A program made the translations under genes and the position numbers. Below are positions 9,020-20,050 of a stretch of DNA of 64,000 bases, piece after piece (the first letter of the stretch is position 1; every line of letters begins with the position of its first letter). The notes below the pieces were generated by a model, which saw only the letters and a list, made by a program, of their open reading frames with translations, searched no databases and was not told the DNA's origin. Source of the DNA: an uncultured cyanobacterium (GTDB taxonomy: Bacteria > Cyanobacteriota > Cyanobacteriia > Cyanobacteriales > CAWCAG01); contig CAWDOD010000008.1 of NCBI GenBank assembly GCA_963803805.1, positions 32,001 to 96,000 of the forward strand. Direction: 5' to 3'.

Positions 9020-12000
9020 ATGAATGTGGGAGAATTACATATGACACCAGGGAAAGTCTGGCTTCGCTACTTATCTAGACTAGTTTTCTCTGCCGGAGGA
9101 ATATCTATCAGTCTAGTTACTTTAGGCCTGGTTTCTCCTGGATTAGCCCAACCTATTGCCCCTGCTGTGGATGGTACAGGAACAGTAGTTAATATTAATG
9201 GCAACCAATTTGATATTCAAGGTGGCTTTCTCTCTGGTGACGGAAACAACTTATTTCATAGTTTTCAGGAATTTGGTTTAGATACTAATCAAATCGCTAA
9301 TTTCCTTAATTCTCCCAACGCTGTCAATATATTGGGCAGAATTATTGGGGGCAATCCTTCGGTTATTAATGGTTTAATTCAAGTAACGGGGGGTAGTGCC
9401 AACCTTTACTTAATGAACCCAGCAGGAATAGTTTTTGGTACTGGTTCCCAGCTTAATATTAATGGTGATTTTTTCGCAACAACGGCTACAGGTATTGGTT
9501 TTGGTAGCGATAGTTGGTTTGAAGCTTTTGGTAGCAACGACTATACAAATTTAGTGGGCAACCCGACTCAGTTTGCTTTCGACTTTGCTCAACCTGGGGT
9601 AATTATTAATGCTGGAGATTTAGCAGTAGAATCAGGGCAAAGTGTGACTTTTTTGGGTGGGAATGTCATTAATACTGGCAGTATTACCGCCCCGGAAGGA
9701 ACGATAAATATTACGGCTATCCCTGGCAGTAGCAAGGTAAGAATCTCTCAACCAGGACAGTTACTTGCTATAGAAGTTGAACCCCCTAGAGATATTCAAG
9801 GGAAAGTACTCCCCATTAAAGTTCTCGATTTACCAACTCTACTTACTGGTGTGGGGGTAGAAACAGGATTAACTATTAATAGCGATGGTAAAGTTAAGCT
9901 CAAAAATACTGATACCAATCTACCCAATGATACCGGAACAAGCATAGTTTCCGGGCTTCTCAATACCGCGTCAGACAACTCTGGGGGACAGATACTCGTA
10001 TTTGGCGATCGCGTAGGAATTATTCAAGGTAACTTGGATGCTTCGGGTGCAAACGGTGGCGGTAATGTGTTGATTGGTGGGGATTACAAAGGAGAAGGGC
10101 AAGTCCCCAATGCCGATGTCACCTATATTAGCTCAGATTCTACCATTAAAGCTGACGCAACAGCTACTGGGGAAGGAGGTAGGGTGATTGCTTGGTCAGA
10201 CCAAACCAGCCGCATTTACGGGGCGATTAGCGCCCGTGGAGGTGTTAATTCTGGTGATGGTGGCTTTGTCGAAACTAGTAGCCGTAACTTTTTAGATGTT
10301 AAAGGTTCCCCTGATGTGTCTGCTGTTGCAGGGGAGGGAGGCACTTGGTTAATTGATCCTTATGATATTGAGATTGTTGCTGATACTAAAGGTCCTACTA
10401 TGGGTTTTGCATCGCCTTTTGAAGCGAGTAGTGTTGATTCTAAGTTAACTGTAGGGGATTTATATAGGGCATTAGAAGGTGGCAATAGTGTGGTAGTCAG
10501 TACAGGAACTGGAGGTACTCAAGAAGGTAACATTACCCTCAACACTGACTTTGATTTTAATGGCATTGGCAACGGGACTTTAAGTTTAGAAGCAGCGGGA
10601 AACATTTTAATTAGTAGTAGTAGGCGTATCTTTGATAGTGATGCTACTAGTAATGACTCTCTCAATTTATTTTTAACGGCTAACTTAGGAAATAATCGAC
10701 GTGACAATATTACAATCCAAGGGTCTGTTGCTACTGGAGGGGGAAACATTGACTTGAGAGCAAACAATACTAATGGCACTGCTGTTCTAATTCGCCCTTC
10801 AGGTTCTATTAATTCTGGAGGGGGGTCAATTAATTTTAATGGCAATAGCATTAATGGTCAAGGCATCGCAATTCAAGGCACGGTAGCTTCAGGAGGAGGC
10901 AACATCACCTTTGAGGGGAGTAGTTCCAATAACGATGCTGTTTTACTCGGCAACCAAATTACCTCAGCCGGGGGCGATATAACTGTTACAGGTAACGGTG
11001 GAAATAATAACGGCATTCAAGTTGATGGTTCTTTGGATGCAGGCAGCGGTTCCATTAGCCTTACTGGGGATAGTAATGGGAGTCAGGGCATTTTAGTTAG
11101 AGATAGTGTGGTTTTGAGTGGCCAAAATATTTCTTTGACAGGAACCAGCAATGCAGCCCCAGGAATAAGTTTAGGGGATGCCTTCACTCCTACCGATATT
11201 ATCAACATCAACTCTTCCGGTGGTCAGATTAGCTTCAACGGTACTAGCAACGCTAAGGCTGGTATTCTAGTTACACAACAGCAAGTCAACATTAACCCAG
11301 GTGGTGGTCAAGTTAACTTTAATGGCACAGGCAATCCTTCTCAAGGAGGGGTCTTAATCGAGAGTGTGCTTAACTTCGCCAATGGTAAAGCTAACTTAAC
11401 TGGAAGTACTCCTGGTATGGGCAGCGAGGTGGTGTTGAGTGGCACTATTAATACAGGCAATGCAGAAGTTGCTTTAACCGGAAACAATATCAACCTCGAT
11501 CCTGGTGCAGGAACTCCGGCAATCACAGGTAATGGTACACTCATTTTACAACCAATTGACGCGACCCTTAACTTAGGGCTTGGTGGTACAGGGGCAGCAA
11601 ATGCAACCTTCCTGAATAGTAGCGAATTAAGCAAAATTGGTAGCAGCTTAGCTGATATCTTCATTGGTAGGGTTGATAGTAGCGGCACTATTTCTTTGTT
11701 AAGCGATGTCGATTTTAATTCCCCTGTAACTTTGCGATCTACTTCTGGTACAGGTTCCATTGATGCTACTGGAGGTATTCTACGGAGCAACGGCAACAGC
11801 ATTACTTTAGATGCGGCTCAAACCATTACCACGGGAGACTTAATCACCTCTATTGCCGGAAGAGATGGCGGTGAAGTGACTTTGAAAGCAGGGGATGCTA
11901 TAACTACAGGTAATATTGATACAAGCAGCGATATTGGTAGAGGGGGCAAAGTTGGTATCAACAGTCCCAATGCAATCACTGTTGGCTCTATCAACACTCA

Positions 12001-13756
12001 AGGAAGTATAATCGGCGGAGAAATCGACATCACCACACAGCAGTTTTTCCGTGCTATAGGAAACTTTAGCGATCGCAATAACATCAATGCTAGTCTTTCC
12101 AGTGCAGGGGGGCAAGGTGGCAAAATTGTTATTCGCCACGGTGGAGGAGTTTTGAATACTCCTTTTATTGTAGGTGATGGTTCTGTTAATGGTACACAAG
12201 CAGCTATTACTAGTGGTACTTCTACCGTTGCACCGGTGCAATCCTTCACTACTGATTATATTCAAGGGAATGTGGAAATACTCAATGGTATTGCTCCAAC
12301 TCCTGCTCCTGCTCCAACTCCTGCTCCTGCTCCAACTCCTGTCCCAACTCCAACTCCAACTCCAACTCCAACTCCAACTCCTGCTGTTGATCCGATCATA
12401 AATGGCATTAATACTATTGATCCCCCTGTTGAAACAACTGAAATTCAACCTCCCGAATCCACACAACCTCTAACTGTAGAAACTCAAATGCCACAGTTAG
12501 AAATTGACTTGGCTGTGTCACAACTAGAACAAAGCTTAACTAGTAGCTACGAAAAGTATTTTGACATCAAAAGTAGCAAAAGCTTTAGCTTAGCCCAAGC
12601 TCAATTAACCCTTAGAAGTATTGAAAAGGCAACAGGGAAAAAACCCGCCTTAATCTATGTTGTTTTCTCATCTACCGCAGAAAGTTTAGCTACTAAAGCC
12701 CAGTCAAAATCCTTAGCTAAACAGCAAGAACAACTGGAATTAATATTAATAACCTCTTCGGGAACAACCATTCGTAAAACAATACCAGGGGCAGTACGTT
12801 CTTTTGTTCTACGCAGAGTAAATCAGTTACAGCGTGAAGTAACCACTCCCAGCCGTAGTGAAGCTTATAAAGGCTCTGGAAAGCTATTTTATGAATGGTT
12901 CATTACTCCTTTAGAAGCAGAGTTACAAAGTAAAGGAATTGATAACTTAGTATTCATTTTAGATGAAGGATTGCGCTCTATTCCTTTAGCTACTCTCAAT
13001 GATGGTAAAAAGTTCCTCATTGAAGAATATAGCGTTGGTTTGATGCCTAGCTTAAGCCTTACTGATACTAGCCACGTTGATATCAGAAATATGGAAGTAG
13101 TGGCTATGGGGGCAGGAGCTTTTGACAAACGCCAATCCTTACCTGCTGTCCCCTTAGAATTATCCTTAATAACTCAACAAATTTGGCCAGGGAATTACTA
13201 TCTTAATGAAGAATTTACTCTGAAAAAACTCAAATCAGCTCGTTCTACTAAACCTTTTGGCATTGTTCACCTCGCTACCCACGGAGAGTTTCGCGCTGGC
13301 AAACCCCAAAACTCTTACCTTCAACTTTGGGATTATAAGCTGCCTTTGAATGCGATCAGTAAGTTAGGGTGGAACAGTCCCCCGGTGGAATTGTTGGTAC
13401 TTTCTGCTTGTCGTACAGCCTTGGGAGATAGTGAAGCAGAGTTAGGTTTTACCGGCTTAGCTGTCCAAGCTGGAGTTAAATCTGCTGTAGGTAGTCTTTG
13501 GGCAGTTAGTGATGAAGGGGCATTAGCTTTTATGACTCGCTTCTACGAACACTTAAGAAAAGTACCAATTAAATCTGAAGCGATACAAAAAGCCCAACTA
13601 GATATGATGCAAGGTAATGTATATATCAAAGATGGTAAACTCATTACTCCAGAAAGGGAAATACCTTTACCAGAAGAGTTAGCTAGGTTAGGAGATCAGG
13701 ATTTGACCCATCCCTATTATTGGAGTGCTTTTACTATGGTGGGGAATCCTTGGTGA
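9020..13756 (+). CDS. Filamentous haemagglutinin N-terminal domain / beta-helix / CHAT domain protein
   Basis: NLFHSFQEF, NPAGIVFG TPS motifs; Gly/Asn-rich repeats; PT linker; CHAT VHLATHG, LVLSACRTA, HPYYWSAF. Confidence 0.93.
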   Translation: MNVGELHMTPGKVWLRYLSRLVFSAGGISISLVTLGLVSPGLAQPIAPAVDGTGTVVNINGNQFDIQGGFLSGDGNNLFHSFQEFGLDTNQIANFLNSPNAVNILGRIIGGNPSVINGLIQVTGGSANLYLMNPAGIVFGTGSQLNINGDFFATTATGIGFGSDSWFEAFGSNDYTNLVGNPTQFAFDFAQPGVIINAGDLAVESGQSVTFLGGNVINTGSITAPEGTINITAIPGSSKVRISQPGQLLAIEVEPPRDIQGKVLPIKVLDLPTLLTGVGVETGLTINSDGKVKLKNTDTNLPNDTGTSIVSGLLNTASDNSGGQILVFGDRVGIIQGNLDASGANGGGNVLIGGDYKGEGQVPNADVTYISSDSTIKADATATGEGGRVIAWSDQTSRIYGAISARGGVNSGDGGFVETSSRNFLDVKGSPDVSAVAGEGGTWLIDPYDIEIVADTKGPTMGFASPFEASSVDSKLTVGDLYRALEGGNSVVVSTGTGGTQEGNITLNTDFDFNGIGNGTLSLEAAGNILISSSRRIFDSDATSNDSLNLFLTANLGNNRRDNITIQGSVATGGGNIDLRANNTNGTAVLIRPSGSINSGGGSINFNGNSINGQGIAIQGTVASGGGNITFEGSSSNNDAVLLGNQITSAGGDITVTGNGGNNNGIQVDGSLDAGSGSISLTGDSNGSQGILVRDSVVLSGQNISLTGTSNAAPGISLGDAFTPTDIININSSGGQISFNGTSNAKAGILVTQQQVNINPGGGQVNFNGTGNPSQGGVLIESVLNFANGKANLTGSTPGMGSEVVLSGTINTGNAEVALTGNNINLDPGAGTPAITGNGTLILQPIDATLNLGLGGTGAANATFLNSSELSKIGSSLADIFIGRVDSSGTISLLSDVDFNSPVTLRSTSGTGSIDATGGILRSNGNSITLDAAQTITTGDLITSIAGRDGGEVTLKAGDAITTGNIDTSSDIGRGGKVGINSPNAITVGSINTQGSIIGGEIDITTQQFFRAIGNFSDRNNINASLSSAGGQGGKIVIRHGGGVLNTPFIVGDGSVNGTQAAITSGTSTVAPVQSFTTDYIQGNVEILNGIAPTPAPAPTPAPAPTPVPTPTPTPTPTPTPAVDPIINGINTIDPPVETTEIQPPESTQPLTVETQMPQLEIDLAVSQLEQSLTSSYEKYFDIKSSKSFSLAQAQLTLRSIEKATGKKPALIYVVFSSTAESLATKAQSKSLAKQQEQLELILITSSGTTIRKTIPGAVRSFVLRRVNQLQREVTTPSRSEAYKGSGKLFYEWFITPLEAELQSKGIDNLVFILDEGLRSIPLATLNDGKKFLIEEYSVGLMPSLSLTDTSHVDIRNMEVVAMGAGAFDKRQSLPAVPLELSLITQQIWPGNYYLNEEFTLKKLKSARSTKPFGIVHLATHGEFRAGKPQNSYLQLWDYKLPLNAISKLGWNSPPVELLVLSACRTALGDSEAELGFTGLAVQAGVKSAVGSLWAVSDEGALAFMTRFYEHLRKVPIKSEAIQKAQLDMMQGNVYIKDGKLITPEREIPLPEELARLGDQDLTHPYYWSAFTMVGNPW
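12293..12385 (+). repeat. In-frame 6/18-bp tandem repeat encoding a Pro-Thr/Pro-Ala linker
   Basis: (CCAACT)n and GCTCCAACTCCTGCTCCT units. Confidence 0.9.
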
Positions 13757-13804
13757 TGTCATTTACTAGAGAGAACCAAGAAAAGACTTACCCAAAAGCG
13801 ATAA

Positions 13805-13836
13805 GCTAGTTGCTAGTTGCTAGTTGCTAGTTGCTA
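13805..13836. repeat. Heptamer short tandem repeat (GCTAGTT)4
   Basis: Four perfect copies plus a partial copy between convergent genes. Confidence 0.85.
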
Positions 13837-13884
13837 AAAGCTTATAGCAAATAATCAAGGTTTGATGTTTAATACTCAATAGTA

Positions 13885-14760
13885 TTAGGTACTTCGAGGA
13901 TTAATAAACTCGCTTAACCCTTCCCCTAATAAAGATAGCCCCGTCACCATTGAACTTAAAGCTAAACCAGGAAATAAAGCAGTCCACCAAATACCTGTAG
14001 GTAAGGCATCCAAAGCAACTCGCAAATCATGACCCCATTCTGGTGTTTCTTCCGGCAAGCCTAAACCTAAAAATCCTAACCCTCCCAAAATCAAAATGGC
14101 ATCGGCAGCATTAAGGGTAAAAAGAACTGGTACGCTTTGAATTACATTAAAGAATAAATAGCGTGAAAGAACACGGCTTGGAGTTGCCCCCATTGCCCTG
14201 GCTGCTTCAATAAATAACTCTGTTTTTACACTGGTGGTATGGTTGCGAACTACACGAAAATATTGGGGAACATAGGAAATACTCAAGGCGATCGCCGCAT
14301 TAAAAACTCCCCGCCCCACCACAAAAGCTAAGGTAACAGAAAGTAGCAATCCCGGTAAGGTGTAGATAGTATCCATAAAAAATACTAAAATCCGGTCAAC
14401 CTTACCCCCCAAATAGCCGCTAATTAACCCCAAAGGTACGCCAATAACTAAACTTAAACTAGTAGCCAGAATTACCACTTTCAAGGCGGCTTGAGTCCCA
14501 AATAAGGTGCGGGAAAGGACATCATAACCTTGGCGACTTGTACCAAACCAATACTCAATTCCTGGAGGTTCGTGAATCGGGTTACTCAATGACTCCAAAG
14601 GATCTTGCAACCATCCCCAAGCCTGGAATGCAGGGGCGAACAAAGCCACAAAAATAAAGAAGGTAGTAATAATCAAACCCGCCAACATTAACTGTGTAGA
14701 TAAGCTAGGGCGAGAAAAAGCAGCAATGAAGCGAGGGAGACGGAATTTAGTTGAGGTCAC
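13885..14760 (-). CDS. Peptide/nickel ABC transporter permease (DppC/OppC-like); probable GTG start at 14760
   Basis: WFGTSRQGYDV, FIEAARAMGA EAA loop, GLGFLGLG..PEWG. Confidence 0.9.
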   Translation of the reverse strand: MTSTKFRLPRFIAAFSRPSLSTQLMLAGLIITTFFIFVALFAPAFQAWGWLQDPLESLSNPIHEPPGIEYWFGTSRQGYDVLSRTLFGTQAALKVVILATSLSLVIGVPLGLISGYLGGKVDRILVFFMDTIYTLPGLLLSVTLAFVVGRGVFNAAIALSISYVPQYFRVVRNHTTSVKTELFIEAARAMGATPSRVLSRYLFFNVIQSVPVLFTLNAADAILILGGLGFLGLGLPEETPEWGHDLRVALDALPTGIWWTALFPGLALSSMVTGLSLLGEGLSEFINPRST

Positions 14761-14938
14761 TTTTGTCAGTGGATAAATGTTTAATGATAAATGATAAATG
14801 GTATTCCCTGTTCCCTGACCCAAAGCGATATACTAAATACCGAGAAGAGTTAAAAATCTTCATACTTAAAAGTAAAAAAGTCTTGAGTAAGGTGGTGTTA
14901 ATCAAGCACCCCTACTTGTTTCCTACTATCTGAACATA

Positions 14939-16057
14939 ATGAACCCAGGAATTGACCTACAAGGAAGTTTTATCGAATCTGTCAAAGAATTAGGTATACC
15001 TGCTGATGCCGCCAAAGCTTTGTGGATGCCCTTACCAATGGTTTTGATGATCGTTGGGGCTACCGTAGGAGTTTTGGTAGTAGTTTGGTTAGAAAGAAAA
15101 ATTTCAGCAGCAGCACAACAGCGTATTGGTCCGGAATATGCTGGACCTTTGGGGGTACTTCAACCTGTAGCAGACGGTTTGAAACTGGTATTTAAAGAAG
15201 ATATTGTTCCTAACAAATCTGACCCTTGGCTATTTACCCTTGGTCCTATCTTGGTAGTGATTCCGGTATTTTTAGCCTACTTGATTGTGCCTTTTGGCCA
15301 AAATCTGGTGATCACCGACTTAAATATAGGTATTTTCCTTTGGATTGCCCTTTCTAGCATTGCACCGATTGGTTTACTGATGTCGGGCTATGCTTCCAAT
15401 AACAAATATTCCCTACTAGGGGGTTTGAGGGCAGCAGCACAATCAATTAGTTATGAAATTCCTCTAGCTTTATCTGTGCTGGCTGTCGTCATGATGTCCA
15501 ATAGCCTCAGTACCATCGATATTGTAGAACAGCAAGCAGGTTATGGCATCTTGGGGTGGAATATTTGGCGACAACCTGTAGGATTTTTGGTTTTTTGGAT
15601 TGCTGCTTTAGCAGAATGCGAACGCCTACCTTTTGATCTTCCTGAAGCAGAAGAAGAATTGGTGGCAGGTTATCAAACCGAATATGCAGGAATGAAATTC
15701 GGCCTATTTTACCTGGGTTCCTACGTTAACTTAGTTCTCTCTGCTTTGATCTTCGCTATTTTATATTTAGGTGGTTGGGAATTTCCTCTTCCCCTAGATC
15801 GCTTAGCTGGTTGGATAGGAGTAAGCGACACCAATCCCATTTTGCAATTAACCACTGCTTCACTGGGCATTACCATGACTGTTCTAAAAGCTTATATTCT
15901 TGTCTTCATCGCAGTTTTGTTACGTTGGACAGTTCCCAGAGTACGCATCGATCAACTCCTCAATTTAGGTTGGAAATTCCTTTTACCCGTTTCCTTGGTT
16001 AACCTCTTGCTTACTGCTGCTTTGAAGTTAGCTTTCCCCTTTGCCTTTGGTGGCTAA
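14939..16057 (+). CDS. ndhA: NDH-1 subunit NdhA (NuoH)
   Basis: [43 protein letters not shown]. Confidence 0.98.
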   Translation: MNPGIDLQGSFIESVKELGIPADAAKALWMPLPMVLMIVGATVGVLVVVWLERKISAAAQQRIGPEYAGPLGVLQPVADGLKLVFKEDIVPNKSDPWLFTLGPILVVIPVFLAYLIVPFGQNLVITDLNIGIFLWIALSSIAPIGLLMSGYASNNKYSLLGGLRAAAQSISYEIPLALSVLAVVMMSNSLSTIDIVEQQAGYGILGWNIWRQPVGFLVFWIAALAECERLPFDLPEAEEELVAGYQTEYAGMKFGLFYLGSYVNLVLSALIFAILYLGGWEFPLPLDRLAGWIGVSDTNPILQLTTASLGITMTVLKAYILVFIAVLLRWTVPRVRIDQLLNLGWKFLLPVSLVNLLLTAALKLAFPFAFGG

Positions 16058-16118
16058 TTTCTACAGGTTGCAGATCAAAAGTTCGTATCTAAAAGCAACA
16101 AACAACAACTAACAAACT

Positions 16119-16724
16119 ATGTTCAAATTCCTCCAACAAGTCGGCGACTATGCTAAAGAAACTGTTCAAGCAGCTAAGTATATTGGTCAAGGACTCTCCG
16201 TTACCTTTGATCATATGCAACGCCGCCCGGTAACTGTTCAGTACCCCTATGAAAAGTTAATTCCCTCAGAACGCTATCGGGGCAGAATTCATTTTGAATT
16301 TGATAAGTGCATTGCCTGCGAAGTCTGCGTTAGGGTTTGCCCCATCAACCTACCAGTGGTGGATTGGGAATTTAATAAAGAAGCGAAAAAGAAAAAGCTT
16401 AACCACTATAGCATCGACTTCGGGGTCTGTATCTTTTGTGGCAACTGTGTTGAATATTGTCCTACCAACTGTCTTTCTATGACAGAAGAGTATGAATTAG
16501 CTGCCTATGATCGCCATGAACTTAACTACGATAACGTTGCTTTAGGGCGCTTACCAGATAAAGTAGGTCAAGATCCGATGGTGACACCTTTGAGGGAGTT
16601 TGCTTACTTACCCAAAGGAGTTATAGATCCCCATGACTTGCCTGCTGGTTCCCAACGAACAGGTAAACGTCCTGAAGAAATTATTACCGAAACCGAACCT
16701 CAACAAGAGGCAAAGAAAAAGTAA
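16119..16724 (+). CDS. ndhI: NDH-1 subunit NdhI
   Basis: Two 4Fe-4S motifs [12 protein letters not shown] and [12 protein letters not shown]. Confidence 0.98.
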   Translation: MFKFLQQVGDYAKETVQAAKYIGQGLSVTFDHMQRRPVTVQYPYEKLIPSERYRGRIHFEFDKCIACEVCVRVCPINLPVVDWEFNKEAKKKKLNHYSIDFGVCIFCGNCVEYCPTNCLSMTEEYELAAYDRHELNYDNVALGRLPDKVGQDPMVTPLREFAYLPKGVIDPHDLPAGSQRTGKRPEEIITETEPQQEAKKK

Positions 16725-16732
16725 TTTAAAAC

Positions 16733-16767
16733 TGGTCGTTGGTTTTTAAAAATAGGACTAACGACCA
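16733..16767 (+). other. Intercistronic stem-loop between ndhI and ndhG
   Basis: TGGTCGTTGGT...ACTAACGACCA inverted repeat. Confidence 0.45.
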
Positions 16768-16800
16768 ATGAGTCATGACTAATAATAAAGGACAAAAAAA

Positions 16801-17421
16801 GTGAATCTAGCCCAAGGAGTTCAATTTGTTTCATTCGGCATCCTCGCTGCCATGACGATAGCAGCAGCTTTGGGGGTAGTGCTGTTTTCTAACATCGTTT
16901 ACTCAGCCTTTTTATTAGGAGGAGTATTTATTAGTATCGCGGGTCTTTACCTGCTACTCAACGCTGATTTCGTAGCTGCGGCGCAGGTTTTAGTGTATGT
17001 TGGTGCGATTAACGTACTAATTTTATTCGCCATTATGTTAGTTAATAAACGCGAAGACTTCGCTGTCATTCCTGGACGTTGGATTCGCAAAGCAGCAACA
17101 GCTTTAGTTTGTGCTGGTTTATTTACTTTACTTGGCACTATGGTTGTAGCAACTCCTTGGTCAATTTCTACTGCTACTTCTTTAACAGGTGAAAGCACTG
17201 TTGTTACTATTGGCAAACATTTCTTTAGTGACTTTTTACTACCTTTTGAACTTGCTTCTGTACTACTTTTAATAGCTATGGTAGGAGCAATTATTATTGC
17301 CCGCCGCGACTTTATTCCTGAAGAATTATCTGCTTCAGATAGTCAAGCTCCTGCTTTAACTTTAGCAGAAAGACCTAGAGAAGTAGCTACTTTAAGTGGT
17401 GGTTCTCCAAAATCAAATTAA
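16801..17421 (+). CDS. ndhG: NDH-1 subunit NdhG (NuoJ)
   Basis: AAAQVLVYVGAINVLILFAIML, LPFELASVLLL. Confidence 0.97.
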   Translation: MNLAQGVQFVSFGILAAMTIAAALGVVLFSNIVYSAFLLGGVFISIAGLYLLLNADFVAAAQVLVYVGAINVLILFAIMLVNKREDFAVIPGRWIRKAATALVCAGLFTLLGTMVVATPWSISTATSLTGESTVVTIGKHFFSDFLLPFELASVLLLIAMVGAIIIARRDFIPEELSASDSQAPALTLAERPREVATLSGGSPKSN

Positions 17422-17524
17422 CAAGTAATTGTATTTAGGGGCTAATTTTGTGCGTCTAAGATCATCTTTTCCCCTTGCCCCTTTTTACCCCTGACTCAGC
17501 AATTGAAAATCAACAAAAACAATT

Positions 17525-17836
17525 ATGGCACTACAACTAGAATATTTCTTAGTCTTAGCAGCAGCCCTATTTTGTATTGGTATTTATGGTTTAATTACCA
17601 GCCGCAATGCAGTAAGAGTTTTAATGTCTATTGAACTAATGCTTAATGCTGTGAACTTAAACTTGATGGGATTTTCCAACTATTTAGATCCTCAAGCAAT
17701 TAAAGGTCAAATTTTTACTGTTTTTGTTATTACCATTGCTGCGGCTGAAGCTGCGGTTGGTTTAGCAATTGTCCTGGCAATTTATCGCAACCGAGATACA
17801 GTAGATATGGAGCAGTTTAACTTGCTTAAGTGGTAA
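17525..17836 (+). CDS. ndhE: NDH-1 subunit NdhE (NuoK)
   Basis: [30 protein letters not shown]. Confidence 0.98.
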   Translation: MALQLEYFLVLAAALFCIGIYGLITSRNAVRVLMSIELMLNAVNLNLMGFSNYLDPQAIKGQIFTVFVITIAAAEAAVGLAIVLAIYRNRDTVDMEQFNLLKW

Positions 17837-17992
17837 TAAAGAATTATTATTTCTCAACTTGCTGCAAGAGCAAAAGGTGAAATTACTATTGCTGGTTTTG
17901 CTCTTGCTTCTAAGTTTTTCCTCAAATTTGAAGTGAGTGATAAAGGAGTAATTGTTGACAAATTTTCGAGATAGGTAAGTTGAGAGGAGTAT

Positions 17993-18466
17993 TTAATTGT
18001 TAAGACTAGTCGTATTATCAATTTGCCAGTTATTTTTTTGAGAGTTCCATTGTAAATAAACTCGCACCAAAGAAGGAACTTCTCTACCACTTTTCATTAC
18101 ATATCTTATCTTGGCATCAACCACTGCTGTATCAGTATTTGTTTCTTTCAGGGTGACATCCCCTTCTACTAACTTAACGGTTTGCCACCAATTGAGATAG
18201 GAAGTATAGCCTTGGGGATGGCGGGAAACATCCCTTTGTAAATTTGGCGATAACATTTCCCAAGCAGTTTCATACTCGCTGTAATTAATTTTGCCGTAGT
18301 AAGTACCAACAAAATTAGCTGGTGATTCTCGCTCCCTAACCGCTACATTATTGAGGGAATCGCTATTTGATTGAGCAAATATTGTTTCTTGCCCATAAAC
18401 TGGTTGATAAAAGAAACTAGTGAGAGCAAGAATTGCTAGGGCAGTATTTGTGAATTTCAAACTCAT
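17993..18466 (-). CDS. Secreted hypothetical protein, NTF2-like fold suspected
   Basis: Hydrophobic signal peptide; YY..IN..YETAW..LS..., YLNWW, W.ID pattern. Confidence 0.75.
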   Translation of the reverse strand: MSLKFTNTALAILALTSFFYQPVYGQETIFAQSNSDSLNNVAVRERESPANFVGTYYGKINYSEYETAWEMLSPNLQRDVSRHPQGYTSYLNWWQTVKLVEGDVTLKETNTDTAVVDAKIRYVMKSGREVPSLVRVYLQWNSQKNNWQIDNTTSLNN

Positions 18467-18560
18467 GCTTTCGATTTTTATAGGGAATAATTAAAGAATA
18501 AATAACGAACCAGCAATGTTAACCTGAATCTAATAGGGTAAAGGAAAAACACTAGCAAGT

Positions 18561-19622
18561 ATGATTATTCCTCCTGGAACTTTATTGCGAGGACGCTATC
18601 GGGTTATTGCTTCTCTGAGTAAAGGAGGCTTTGCGAAAACCTATGAGGTGGTAGATGAAAAGGATAATAACATCTCTAAGGTGGTTAAGGTTCTTGAATT
18701 AGATCGCACTATTGGTTCCAAAAATAAGGATAAAATCATCTGTTTGTTTAAAAAAGAAGCAGCCATTTTAAGCGAATTAGATGATTGTGGCATTCCCAAA
18801 GGGGAAGCAAACAGCTACTTTACCTATCACCCAGAAGGGGAGAAACGCCCTTGTCACTGTTTAGTGATGGAGAAAATTAATGGCCCTAATTTAGAGGAGT
18901 GGTTAAAACAGCGGGGAAATCAGCCTATTTCTGAGAAACAAGCGATCGCTTGGTTAACCCAACTAGTAGAAATATTAGCCAAACTCCACCAGCAAAACTA
19001 TGTGCATCGCGATATTAAGCCAGCTAATGTCATGTTACGCTTAAGCACTGAAACAGCTATAACAGACGATGAATGTCATCATCAATTAGTCCTAATTGAT
19101 TTTGGGGCAGTTAAGCAAGTTACAGCTAGTTATATCGCTGGGAGCGATCGCAGTACACGTTTAGGTTCACCAGGTTATATTGCTCCTGAACAGGATGTGG
19201 GTAAAGTTGTTCCCCAATCAGACTTTTTTGCTTTAGGACGTACTTTAGTTCATTTGCTGACTGGTAAACATCCCATGGACATAGGGCAAGATTATGAAAC
19301 CAGTAAGTTGACTTGGCGCAACCTTGCCCCACAAGTTTCCTCACCTTTGGCAGATTTACTCGATGATTTGATGTCTCCTTCCCCCAAAACTCGTCCCCAA
19401 ACTGCCCAAGAAATCAAGCAAAGTTTGCAAAAAATTATTAATCCTCCTGCAATCTCCCAAGGTTTACTGAATATATCGGGTATTCATTTGTTGATATTAG
19501 TTAATCTGGTTATTTTAGTCATTTTGCTAATTGTAGGTAGCTTATTCTGGCAAGAAAAGCAAAAACATCGCGATTTTGAAGAATCAATTCTCCCCACTTT
19601 TAGGGTATTCAGACTCAGTTGA
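18561..19622 (+). CDS. Ser/Thr protein kinase with C-terminal TM helix
   Basis: GGFAKTY, HRDIKPAN, DFG, GYIAPEQ, DFFALG; hydrophobic segment near C-terminus. Confidence 0.93.
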   Translation: MIIPPGTLLRGRYRVIASLSKGGFAKTYEVVDEKDNNISKVVKVLELDRTIGSKNKDKIICLFKKEAAILSELDDCGIPKGEANSYFTYHPEGEKRPCHCLVMEKINGPNLEEWLKQRGNQPISEKQAIAWLTQLVEILAKLHQQNYVHRDIKPANVMLRLSTETAITDDECHHQLVLIDFGAVKQVTASYIAGSDRSTRLGSPGYIAPEQDVGKVVPQSDFFALGRTLVHLLTGKHPMDIGQDYETSKLTWRNLAPQVSSPLADLLDDLMSPSPKTRPQTAQEIKQSLQKIINPPAISQGLLNISGIHLLILVNLVILVILLIVGSLFWQEKQKHRDFEESILPTFRVFRLS

Positions 19623-19737
19623 TGGATAGTTTGTACCTCAAGAATTCTTCTTTACCCCTTACCCCAATTTTTAATGAATAATCATTTCAGATTTGCTATC
19701 TTAAGTTCATTAAGAGAAGTTAAGAATTGTTACTACT

Positions 19738-20001
19738 GTGAGTTCTCATCATCTGCCACAAACTACCGCTTACGTGCGGATTACTAAGCAGTCTTGGCAA
19801 CAAGGGAAAATTGAAGGGGAGATTAGGGCTGGCTACTATGAATGGCAGTTCAATTGGCATTTTCGCTGCGGTCGGCTATCGGTTCACCCTTCTTTAGGTA
19901 GGGCATTAATTATAGAACCTTTAGGGCGCTTTTTAGAACAAAGCGATTATTTACTCGAACCGGGGGGAGATTATGAGTTTACTGTTCGTGCGGAGTTGTA
20001 G
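19738..20001 (+). CDS. DUF3146-like conserved cyanobacterial protein
   Basis: LPQTTAYVRIT...WQFNWHF...PSLGRALI.EPLGRFLE...LEPGGDYEFTVRA. Confidence 0.8.
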   Translation: MSSHHLPQTTAYVRITKQSWQQGKIEGEIRAGYYEWQFNWHFRCGRLSVHPSLGRALIIEPLGRFLEQSDYLLEPGGDYEFTVRAEL

Positions 20002-20050
20002 GCAATTTAAGAACAAATTCTCAGGATGTGCATAAAAAGCCACAGATTAT

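Noticed and set aside
9796..13128. Antisense and alternate-frame ORFs within the FHA-CHAT gene, including (WS)n and (QL)n peptides
   Set aside because: Shadows of codon bias and of the Pro-Thr repeat.
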